NCBI GenBank assembly: GCA_904063045.1
Contig: CAJFCJ010000001.1
Coordinates: 2,480,001 to 2,544,000, forward strand
Length of the DNA: 64,000 nucleotides
Source: Dimorphilus gyrociliatus
Lineage: Eukaryota; Animalia; Annelida
Direction: 5' to 3'
Positions within the stretch are counted from its first letter, which is position 1. Each line of letters starts with the position of its first letter. Under the pieces are notes generated by a model. It did not search any database. It was not told the origin of the DNA and saw only the letters and a program-made list of their open reading frames with translations. Made by a program: the position numbers and the translations under genes. Shown here in pieces: positions 52,945 to 64,000 of this stretch.

Positions 52945-54361
52945 TTATAAATATATAAACAATACAGAACACGAATAACGTTTTGTTGGTTTGTTTGTCC
53001 ATAAGTATGGATTGACTTTGTTACAATGAAATAAGCGTTGTAAAGGTAATTTCCATAATCCAAGGAAGTATTTTTCACCAGAACCATCGTTTATAGCGCA
53101 ACTTGGCGGTATTAATTCGAATGGTGAAATTTCTAAATTAACTGGTCTATATCTACCAGGATTGTCATTAAGTGAAAGTTCTGAATTTTTTTCAAGAGTT
53201 GAGAAGGTTGTCATGAGTGCATAATCAGCTTTCATTGAGGAAATGTGTTTGAATACTTTATTAATGTCTCTATAATATAAATTTTGAAGAACCATTCTGA
53301 TGATAATTAGATTGAATTTACCATAGAAAGGTGCTTCAACTATATCGTGTTGTGTAAAAATCCATCCTTCCGTTGGGTACATTTGCTTTAAAGATCTTAT
53401 TAAATTGAATACAATATCAATGCAAGTGTATTCAATATCGTGTCTGGTCTTGAGATATTCAGACATCCAGACCATATCACCACAGCCAATATCCAATACT
53501 TTCACGACTTTTAAACCGCTTTCTGCCTTTAATTTATTGATTATATTATCCAAGGCGGGAAATATATATTTTTTAGTCCAACTCAGAGTTGAACCTTCTC
53601 CAGACGATGAAAAATCACTGCTAGCTTCCCATTTTCCCCATATTTTTTCTTTCCATATTTTAGTAAAATTATTTTGTCGACTTCTGCTTGATTCTCTAAT
53701 TTTACCAATGTTTTTCCTTGAATTTTTAAAACTCTTTGTAAAAGGATTAGGAGTGTAAGTAGAAAGGATTTTCTCATTAGTACAATGTTGTAAGTATCCG
53801 TCCTGTTTTAAAATATGCCTTGAATTTATATCATTCTCTTTCAATACCTTTTTCGCTTCTTTAATTATGTTATATTCCATATTAGATAAGCTTTTTGGAC
53901 TGTTTAAATCCTCTTTTTGACGATCCATCCATCTTGATCCAACTTTTTGAATGTCAATTCGAAAAATGCCCAATTTAGGAGTAGTAATTATTTGATCGTG
54001 TTCAAGATTTACTATAATCTTTTGAAGAGGGTGTTCGCTACAATCTTGACCTGTATAGGAAAATAAGTGTTCAAATAACAAAGATGTAGGCGCCATGTTC
54101 TCTCTTACACCTGTTTCTTCAGGTATTTACTCTTTATTTGTACGATATTTATTAATAATGAAATATTCATTTGAAGTTATTCTATTTATATTAATTAAAC
54201 TATCTTAGTTTACTGTAGTTTGCAATAACTTTGACAGACTATTAAGTTCAGTTGTTTAACTTACCTTCTGGACATTCCGGTTTACTATTCCATAGGTATA
54301 TAATCAGTATAATTGTAAAGATTATAGTGACCTTTAGAATCTTTGTCATATTCCTTTTCAT
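52945..54361 (-). CDS. Type II membrane class I SAM-dependent methyltransferase; exon 1 54361-54265 (TM anchor), exon 2 ~54110-52945
   Basis: Exon 1 MKRNMTKILKVTIIFTIILIIYLWNSKPECPE ends at a perfect donor GAAG|gtaagt. Exon 2 has SSSGEGST, motif I VLDIGCGD, YTCIDIV, HDIVEAP and LIIIRMVLQNL. Confidence 0.75.
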
Positions 54362-54663
54362 CGGTTTATATACATAGTATAACAAGTTTTTCCAATAGCA
54401 GATAATTTTCTGAAAATCTCTGATCAGTGTATCTAATACCTTGAAAATGAGCGATAATAAAGTCGCAGCTGGAATAGTTTTCACTCACAAGTGGCGCGTA
54501 AAATTTCCTGAAGAGTTGTTGCGCAACAAGCTTTTGATATACTATCAACTTTTAATCAATTCTTTTAATTCGTAATATTTATTTGTATTTTTAAATATTT
54601 ATTAATAAACACGACAAAGTAAAGCATTAACAACAAAAAATAATTGTATAAAGATCCGTTGTG

Positions 54664-56401
54664 TTAGCTAAGATCAATTTGTGAACGTAAAACTTGAATC
54701 TCTTCTCTTTGACTTTTGATTATTTCAATTAATGAATTAGCTGTTTTATAGTCGATCGTTTGGTTCGATCCGTTTGAAATATCAGTTTCAAAGAAAAAGT
54801 TATTAGAAAGTAAATACTTTGCAGAAGGCCTATTTTCAACTTTAGGACAAGTCATGTTTAAGATCATTTCACTAATTAACGGAAAATTCTTTCTGATATC
54901 TTCTGGTAGTTGTCTTTTCTCTTTAAGTTGAATAACCTTATCAATTAATTCGTGTTGGGAGGAAATAGAACCAAATAATTGAAAACAAATAATGCCAAGG
55001 CTAAATATATCGCTGGAAAAGTTATATTTAGAGGTATTAGTCTCAGGAGCTGCATATAGGGCACTTCCAACATACGAGGTTAAGCAAATCTCGTCCTGAT
55101 AGGTTTCATTTAAATCTCTTGCCAAACCAAAATCTCCTAATTTAACTACGATGTTTGTCTGATCACCAATCGTAAATATATTACTCGGTTTAATATCTCT
55201 GTGCATAATATTCTTATTATGTATATGATTAAGAGCGGATAAAATATCTTTAATTATCTTCATTTCTACTAAGCCTGGAGAGGATGTACGATCTCTTCCA
55301 TCAATCCAATCTGCTAGGGTACCATTACAATATTCCGTTTGTATGTACATGCATAAAAACGGCAATGGAGCTGGAGATTTCCAGCTTCCAATGGACGATA
55401 GATCATCAGAAGAGCAATAAAGTGTATCTAAACTTGAAGGATTATTCTCAATTTCCAACCAAGCGGTATAATAACGTACAATATTTGTTGGTTGGCATCT
55501 AGCCAATTGAGAAACTTCCCTTAACGTCTTTTATAATAAATTTTAATTATTCATTACAAAACAGATTATTATTAATTTAAAATGTTCTATTTACATTTCG
55601 AATGACCGTCTCGTCTGAATCGTCAAAATATATTTTAACTCTTTTAACCGCATACGTTTCATTATCAATTTTCTTTTCGACCTAAATTAATTAATTAACT
55701 ATTATTTTAAATAAATAAAAAGAAGTATTAATTAGAAAACATTCTATATATAAACCTTAAAAACTTTTCCATAACCTCCTTGACCTAATTGTTTAATTAT
55801 TCTAAAATCTCGTTGAAATTCTCCAGTTTTCTTTGGGAAATTACTTGTAAATTCTTTTAGAATGAACCGATAGACTTTAATTTTCTTTTCTGAACTTAGT
55901 GCTACACTACTTATAGCCTTTTTCGATAGGTCGATAATAGGTAGTTCATCTAAATTTAAGGGAAATATATAGAGATATACGTTTAATTTTTATTTCAACA
56001 GTTTATATTACTTTTATATTTTAATATTTTAAAATTCCATTTCTGGAGGAGTACTTCAGCTGATACGCATTCCTTAGCTATCTTTTTATTCGAACCGAAG
56101 CCCTATAGTACGAAATTAATAATCTATTAAAAAAAATGACGTAAGCTATAGTTATATAGCCAACCTTGTAAGTTGTTTTTCCTATTTGTATAGTTATTTT
56201 TATAGATTGTTCCTTAAATATTCCAACTTGTTCAGGAGAGCTAAAGGCAATGTTACTTCTTATTAACTTCAATATTTTTGATGGTTTAACATATATTCCC
56301 GATTCGTGATCGGAAGATGTTCTTCTACTACTCCGATTTGTGTCTGTAATTCTTTCTTCGGTTGGAGAATCAATCACTAAAGTGAGGAGTTTCTTAAACA
56401 T
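54664..56401 (-). CDS. dsRBD-containing eIF2alpha kinase, paralogue 2 (about 490 aa); exons 56401-56165, 56102-56012, 55949-55756, an 87-nt exon, then the last exon to 54664
   Basis: dsRBD KPSKILKLIRSNIAF...SIKITIQIGKTTYK|GFGSNKKIAKECVSAEVLLQKW. Kinase motifs LGQGGYGKVFK, YAVKRV, REVSQLARCQPTNIVRYYTAW, insert, MYIQTEYC, HRDIKPSN, KLGDFGLA, GSALYAAPE. Short C-terminal coiled coil. Confidence 0.88.
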
Positions 56402-56626
56402 TTTGAATAAGAATGCCTGTATTTGTCAAAATAGGAAATTCTTGAATCTAAAATAGATTACACTTTAGCTACACAGTAGATCATATACTGTATATTAAAT
56501 AGTATTGAGATACCTGAACAGCTGATTTTAATATTAATGTTTTGAATGATAAGAATAAGAATATGAATATTCAAGCTTATTTGTAATATTCAACAATTTT
56601 CCGTTTATTAATCGAATCAAATCTAA

Positions 56627-58503
56627 TTAAATATTCATTAGTTTAGTTTTTTGATGGAATTTTTTTAATTCCCTTATACATTCTTTTAAATATGCAATTT
56701 CTTCAGATTTTTCCTTACACTGTATAGCATAAGTCTCCAAATCAATTTTATCGATGTGGTTTTCTTCTAATTCAACTGTTAAACTTGAAATCTTTTCCTT
56801 TAAACTAATAATTTCCTTATCTTTCTCTTCTATTGTAGCTTTAAGTCTTGTAATCTCTTCACTTTTTTTCTTTACACCAGAGAAGACATCTAAAAGTAGT
56901 ATATCTTTAGCCATAGGTCTTTTATCAGCATCCTTATCAGTCATGTCCTCAACGAGTTTAACGACGGCTGGATGGTTGTGTAGTAGGCTTTCTGGTAATT
57001 TCCCATTAGTTTTAAGATTATTGATAATTGCATAAAATTCATGTGCAGTTGAAATATCAGAAAATAATCGTACAGCAATAATACCAAGACTGAATATATC
57101 ACTTGAAAAGTTATATTTTCCTGTTTCTATTTCAGGTGCAGCGTACGGTTGAGTCCCTACTGCTGAAGTTAATTTACTCTCGTCATCGCATTCGTGTAGT
57201 TCTCTAGCTAAACCAAAATCTCCTAATTTAACCTTTACTTCTTTTGATTTTTCAACTGTAAATACATTATTAGGTTTGATATCTCTATGTAGAATGTTTT
57301 TATTATGAAGATATTCAAGTGCTTTAAGCAAATCTTTAAATATTCCCAATTCAATTTGATAGTTATACGACTGATATATAGTCCTATTTTCAATCCAATT
57401 GTTCAAATTACCACAACATAATTCAGTTTGAATGTATAGATTTAGAGAAGGTATCCTTTCATTTAATCTTTTCCTTCTATTAGCCTGTTCGGTTGAGTAA
57501 TCGGAACTTGAACCGGTATTACTAAAAATTGATGATGGAAAAGTGTTATATAGCGTTTCTTTTGTAACAATTTCCAGCCATCCTTTATGGTATGTTAATA
57601 TATTTTTGTGTTTGCAATCGGCCAATCTTATAACTTCGTCATATTTCTAAAAATAAAATATACACATAATTAATTAAAAATCTTAATTGATTTAACTAAT
57701 TAATAGTTATAATAGTAATAATAGAAAGAAGACTGTATTTTTTATACTTTTCTAATAATTTCACTATCAGAGTCATAAATTCTCATATTTATCATTTTAA
57801 TAGCATAAGATCCTTTATCAAATTTATTCTGTGCCTGCAAGAATACATTATAATTAATTAATAATATAGTTAATTAATTACAAAGATATTTGCAGTGTAT
57901 ACCTCAAAAACACTACCGTACGATCCACTACCCAAAGGCTTTCTAATGTCAAAGTTCTGTTGTATATATCCATTGTCAATACGAAGACTCTTTGTAAAAG
58001 TTTCTAGAATAAAGCTATGAAATTTCTCATTAGCTTCTAAAGGTAGATTGATTTTATCTAATGTCTCGTCCGATAAGATTATTTTCGGCATTCCGTCTGT
58101 TTGTCACGATGAATTGTTTTAAGGTTTTCGTTCTCTTTTTTTATGTTTTTACTACCTTCTCCTGGTTTAAATGTAAAATTCCATAATTCATGTAAAGCTT
58201 TTGCGGCTGTAGTTTCTTTAGCCAACAACTTTGTCCTTCCGCATGCCTTAGAGATAAGGGTTATTGAATATAATTATATTTAAATCGTATAGAGAAAAGG
58301 GAAAAAGTAACCTGAAAGCAATTTTTGTCTATTATTAGTTTCGCTTCTACTTTATCATCGCCAGATCCTTGGATTCTTTCTACATTTTCGAACTTTGCAC
58401 CAGGTTTTATTCTATAAAGAATATTTCTCGGTGTTAATTCAAATTTAGAAGATTTACTCGATTGTGAACTTGAAGATGTTGATCCTCTGCTATATCTACT
58501 CAT
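56627..58503 (-). CDS. dsRBD-containing eIF2alpha kinase, paralogue 1 (about 527 aa); exons 58503-58312, 58246-58156, 58096-57903, an 87-nt exon, then the last exon to 56627
   Basis: dsRBD TPRNILYRIKPGAKFE...VEAKLIIDKNCFQ|ACGRTKLLAKETTAAKALHELW. Kinase motifs LGSGSYGSVFE, YAIKMI, DEVIRLADCKHKNILTYHKGW, insert, LYIQTELC, HRDIKPNN, KLGDFGLA, GTQPYAAPE. Long C-terminal coiled coil. Confidence 0.88.
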
Positions 58504-59349
58504 TTTATAGTGAATTTACAGAATCTAATGGATTTTTTTCTCACAAAAACAGAGAATAATTTAAAAATGAAAGTAGGATGCGGGGCGTATTTTTTGATAT
58601 ATTTCAATATATTTCATAAGAGTGTTTCACCTGCAGCCTATTTAAAAGAAAAGATAGAAAAAATCAATTCGATTAGTCATATAACATTTATTGATTAATG
58701 TAATCATATCAATGTTAAGGTAAAGTATTTGATCGATGAATATTTTCATATTGTTGTTGTTATAGAAGAAATTTTCTCTCCCTTTTCAAAGTTTACTTAA
58801 ATAGAACTTTTTCATTAAATTCTTAACGAATAAACTCCATTTAAAAATGTCTTCTTTAAGCTTCAAATTATCGGATGTATACTGAAGATTATTCAAGTTG
58901 ATTGAATAATAATACTTTGATTTTCTTTTCTAAATATAGAATTATCGATATTTTAATAATGAAAAAGAATAGATAGTATGTTTTTAATATACAATACATT
59001 AATAATAATACGACAGTGTTGACTTTTTCCATAAGTTATTAAATTGATATTATGCGCTTTAGTTAAACCATTAAATAGATTTTTACTAAGATCTAATAAT
59101 ATATATATTGATAGTGTTAGGTTTGAAATGTTTCTTGAATTGTTTACAGGTGATGACGTAAAGTAAGGTGTAAAGGATCTTGCAAAGTTGAATACTGTGT
59201 GATTTACAATACTTATTTTAATAGGCTTATTGCGTAGAATTTATCTATTGTATACATAGAGTTTTCTCCTTCACTTCTAAATCTTCTATGGCTATAATTC
59301 TAATAGAAATGTTATATTACGATTAGAACGTTAACGAATAACCAATCAA

Positions 59350-62300
59350 TTACGTATTCACTGATTTCTTTTCATCTTTAAGTTTAAATATACTCCAAAT
59401 TTCACCAGTAGAGTATATGAAGGGATTTAACAATGGATTTAAAGGAATTACAATTATTATAAACCACGGATATATCGAATTATTCAGTGTTATTTGATTA
59501 ATAGTAACCAAAAATCCTATTTATATTTTTTATGTTTGAATTAATTGTTTGTATTTCTTTAAATAATGAAATTTATTCAAACCTAAAATGGAAACTGGTA
59601 GCCAGCACATCATATTTGTACTTACAATTATAAACGCTGTAATAGCAACTTTTTGTTCAGATTTCTTACCACTTTTATTAATTTGTATCCTTGATTTTGT
59701 TACAGTAAGAAAGATTCTCAAATAAAGAATTAACGTTAAAACGCATAGCATAACTGTAAAGATACTGAAAAAGAAGAAAGAATATTCCCAACCTTTCGCT
59801 CTTTCATTTGTTAAATGTATAGAAATGCAAACTGGAGTTCTCGAAAAATAATTCTATTATATAGATATATAGGTTTGTCAGTGATAGGAGATATATACTG
59901 TATGTATTATTGTAATAGACCTACTTCAAAGAGAAATATTGGAAAGATACCAATGGTTAAAGATATACAAAATCCAATAAGAGTACATCCCAATATCGTT
60001 CGATGAGAGATATTCCTATGATAAAAAGGATGACAAATTGCTAAATATCTTTCAAATGTTGTAAAAAAAACGCATAAATTTGATAGAAATACTGAAGTTG
60101 AGGCGACAATTCCGCAAAAATTACACAGATAACTAGATTTCCATGAGAAATCATGATCAATATAAATATCCGAATAATATAAATCAATGGAAGCGATTAT
60201 TATTAAATAAATATTGAATGAAAAATCAGATAAATTTAATCCAATACTAAACCATTTAATCTTTTTTCCTTGACTTTTAACTGATAAATTCAAGTAGAAA
60301 CTTATTGAATTTCCAAAAATACCAAATATAATAATAATCCATATTGAATATTTTAAAAATTTTGTACCAATTAAATCTTTACAACTTTTAAAAAGTGATG
60401 TTTTTGGACTGCAAAATTTTAAATTTGGACAAAATTTTTGACTAAAACAACAAAGTTCAAAATTATTTGATATTAAAATCTCCAATTTTTTTAAATGTTT
60501 TATTAAATTTGATGTAAGATTTTGAGGTAAATTTGAATGATTTAAAAATATCATTTCAACACTTTCAAGATTGTTGAATGAATTTAAATTTATATTTAAA
60601 AGATTTAATTTCATTAGTTTAAGGATTTTCAACTTTTTAAGTTTCATTAAAGTATCTTTTCTTAAGATTGATATCTTTATTTCAGATATATCGAGATATA
60701 ATAGATTTATAATATATTCAAATGAATATTCATTCAATAATTCAATAGGATTATTGTTAATATAAAGATATTGTAATTTTAAATATTTATCCTTATCTAG
60801 TATCTTAAAACCTTTTAGACGGTTATAACTGACGTCTAAATAGACTAGATTAATTGTTTCTAGTTTTGGTAAGTTTTCTATTGAATTTAACGAAATGTTT
60901 AGAAATGTAACGAATAGAGGAGTTTGAATGATAAGTTTTTGATGAATTTTCATTGAATGAACGCTAATCATTCTCACTTGGGAAGGAATAGTTAAATCAT
61001 TATCAAACGTATCGTCAACACGACAAACTAATTGTTGAGGATAATTAGAAATACAAATTGATGATGAATAATTAGTATAAATAGATTTAAAGATGAAACA
61101 ATAAGATTCGTCGTCTCCTTTTAAACAATCAATTTTTAAATCGCAAACTTGATCTAGATTCAGATAAATGTTTGTCAATTTACATTTAAAATAACCTTCC
61201 GGTTGAAAATTCTCTATATTTTATGAATAAAAACAAGAGATAATTTATTATTATTATACATATTATTGATAAGAGAAATACCGCAATTAATTTCATCATC
61301 TGCGTATAAACAATGCGATATTCCATCGCAAATGTACTGAATTGGAATACAATATTTCACGTACATGCATTGATATTGTTTCTTTTGACATGTAAAATTA
61401 TTACAATTCTTTAGATCATCAAATGGATAATGAGGTTTCGTCATTAACCTCCGTTTTGAAGTATATATTACATTACATCTTCTTTCGGATCTTATTATTG
61501 TACTTTTAAGGACATTTTGTATTTCTTCTTTTTCGCATCTCTTACTTTGTTCCCTTCTAAAAATATATAGAATAGATAATTAATTAATTAATTAATTAAT
61601 AATAATAGAACAGTTTAAACAGTTTAAACAGTTTCTTTTTACTCGTGTGAAAAATAACGTTCGTATGTTGTATTTATTAGACGTTTCTCTAGAATTTCTT
61701 TACAACTTTTCGGATCTTCGTCGTCGAATTGAAAATTAACGCAATCCGATTTAAAATCGCAAATAATCTCATCGTTAATGCAATCTCCATCGCAATATTT
61801 TGTACAATCTTTACAAATTTCGTCAGTATTATCCATACAGTTTTTTTCATTATCGCATATTAAAGATTTATCTATACATCTACCATCTTTGCATTGAAAT
61901 CTGTTAATAAATTGAAATTTAGCAAATCGAGTAAATAATACGAAAATAATTATGATGATAAACTTTTCTTTAGTTTCGCATTGAAATACTAAAAATGTAA
62001 AGGATCTTAATTATTTTATTAATTATAGAAGGAAATGAGTCTATTACAGCATTCACTTTCATCACTATCGTCGGGACAATGACTCACGTGATCGCAAACA
62101 AGATTTACACTAATGAAATGATTAGAAGAGCATTGAAATTGATGATTATAAGAGCAATCATGTTCATCAGTTCCATCGGGACAATCCACAACTTTGTCGC
62201 ATACAAATAAATAGTTAATACAAATTTTATCCAACTTACAGAAAAATGTATTTTTAGAACAAAAATTTGATTTTATTTCCATATTTGGAAAAGTAGGAAA

Positions 62301-64000
62301 TTCTAATTTGTTAAATTCTATTTAACGAAATCATAAATATTTATATTTATAATTAGTATCACGTGATACTACCAAATTTTGTTTCGCAGACGATATTTTG
62401 AAAAAAGGGTACGTTGCAGTCTATTGATTTGATTCCGTCTACGTCGAGTATACCGCATTTCGATTTACTGTTCCAAAATATTAAATCTCTTTGAGATCTC
62501 TTGATAAAATTGTAGCATCCTCTCTCATATTTTAAACCTTTGCTAGAATAGAAGGGATTGTTCAAGTTGTTAATAGCTTGTACAGATATATATATATATG
62601 TATATAATGTATAGATGTGCAACAAACATAACATTTCTTGTTGACCATAACCCAATAATTTCGTACGGAATATTCTCAGACGTAACTTGAATATCTCTTT
62701 CATTTTTATCTTTGATAATCTTTAATTCTTAACAAATGAATCATGTTTTAATTACAAATATAAACTTGACTAATTAATTAATAACCTATTGGCTGAGGTT
62801 TAATTAAGTTAGCTTTAATAAGGAAAATCTCCAAGTGTTTACATTAATTCGTTTAATTCTATATTTAATTAATAAATACTTGATACTAATTTTTCGTACG
62901 GTTCAACGAAATAAACATATTCTCCATCATTCAATTCTTTATACGATGCTAATAAAACGAAAAGTTTAAACTTGAAAGTACTTGGACTAAATAGAGTAAG
63001 ATTTTTCTTCCAACAATATTCTTTAGCCTGTTGATAAGTAAGAAGAGTTTGAAAGCTTATAATCTCGAAGCATTTTTCATCAAAAGTTAATTTTCTTCCA
63101 TCAATTTTATTACAATCTAAACAAACAAACAAACAAACAAATAATGAATTGATCTTCTCCTTCTTATGGAATATTTTACCTGATAGAATTCTTTCTTTAT
63201 GGCATTGTATCATAAGTTTTGGACTAATAAATCCCTTTTTCTTTGCAATTCGGATGAACTTACATTCGATTAAATTTGTTTCATTAGATTGACAAAAAAG
63301 ACTTAACGGACTATCAAAAAATAATTGAATATCGTTAACTATTTGATACGTTCCTTGTTTGTAGCCTAGATAATTACAAACAAGCTATTTTTGATAAAAT
63401 AAAATATGTAATAATAATAAGATAAGATAACGAAAACAGACTTGAGCGTGATGATAATCCAGTAGTGGTGTTAAAATATTAACCCACATCGAATTGTAAT
63501 ACATCTGTAATCTACCAACTACAATATCCGGTTTATAAATTAAATCTTTATAAATAGTATTTAATCCAAATAATCTTAAACTATATTCTAAGTAAAATAT
63601 TAAAGATAAACTGGTAAATTCAATACAATAATGTAAACAGAATTATTAAACTGACCAGTAAAATTCTCTATTCTCTTTTGACAATATATTTGACAAGTTA
63701 AATTCCTATTTTCATAAGATGATTCTAGTCTGCATTCATTTAACGATATCGCATTAAATTTACAAACAATCGTTCTTGGTACACTTGTATAAGAAAATTC
63801 ATAACAAAATCTTGGATATTTATGAAAAACTCTTAATGAAAACTTTTTACAGATAAGATCAATAACCCGAAAAAAATTTCCATTGTCCTTAATTTGTAAT
63901 AAAAAGAGATTGGTATGATAATTTCTAGACATAATTGGTTGTATAGGAATCATGTTGCTATCATTGTCATTGTCATGTCTTTCATTGAATACATACGATT
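59350..64000 (-). CDS. GRL101: GRL101-like LGR (5' truncated): SRCR-like, C-type-lectin-like domain(s), about 6 LDLa repeats, LRRs, 7TM
   Basis: LDLa repeats (e.g. CDKVVDCPDGTDEHDC, CDHVSHCPDDSDESEC), LRRs (LNISLNSIENL, LDVSYNRL), LNLSDF, FERYLAICHPF, NMMCWLP, PLNPLLNPFIY; stop 59350-59352. Confidence 0.85.

Noticed and set aside
61608-61634. Short tandem repeat (AACAGTTTA)x3; CRISPR-like arrays in general
   Set aside because: Simple intronic slippage repeat without spacers; no repeat-spacer array anywhere in the window.
62355-62370. 16-bp palindrome AGTATCACGTGATACT
   Set aside because: Single occurrence at an exon/intron boundary of the GRL101-like gene; nothing suggests a function beyond chance or the general E-box excess.

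Overview
AT-rich (roughly 30% GC by eye) animal genomic DNA with many short GT-AG introns (45-100 nt), TA/GA microsatellites and closely packed genes. The gene content, including a GRL101-type receptor, fits a compact lophotrochozoan genome such as an annelid (inference). Genes assembled by hand across introns, in order: CAP/GLIPR-like protein; TPM-domain (MOLO-1-like) membrane protein; PLA2G15/LCAT-family lipase; solitary histone H1; very divergent class A GPCR preceded by about 12 kb of non-coding DNA; AP-3 mu subunit; ankyrin-SOCS-box protein; TMEM164; TBC1D13; second ankyrin-SOCS-box protein; TMEM135; type II membrane SAM methyltransferase; two tandem eIF2alpha kinases; and the 3' part of an SRCR/C-type-lectin/LDLa/LRR GPCR that runs off the right edge. 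Main result: once the small 5' exons are spliced, both tandem kinases have an N-terminal double-stranded-RNA-binding domain, i.e. PKR-like architecture on an HRI-like kinase scaffold in an invertebrate. Also notable: a duplicated, apparently mutually exclusive 125-nt exon in AP3M; a candidate Golgi-luminal glycan O-methyltransferase; many TA-CWG-TA motifs identical to Tc1/mariner excision footprints; and recurring CTCF-like and E-box motifs. No rRNA, tRNA, CRISPR array or intact transposon was seen. All family assignments come from motif recognition, not database searches.
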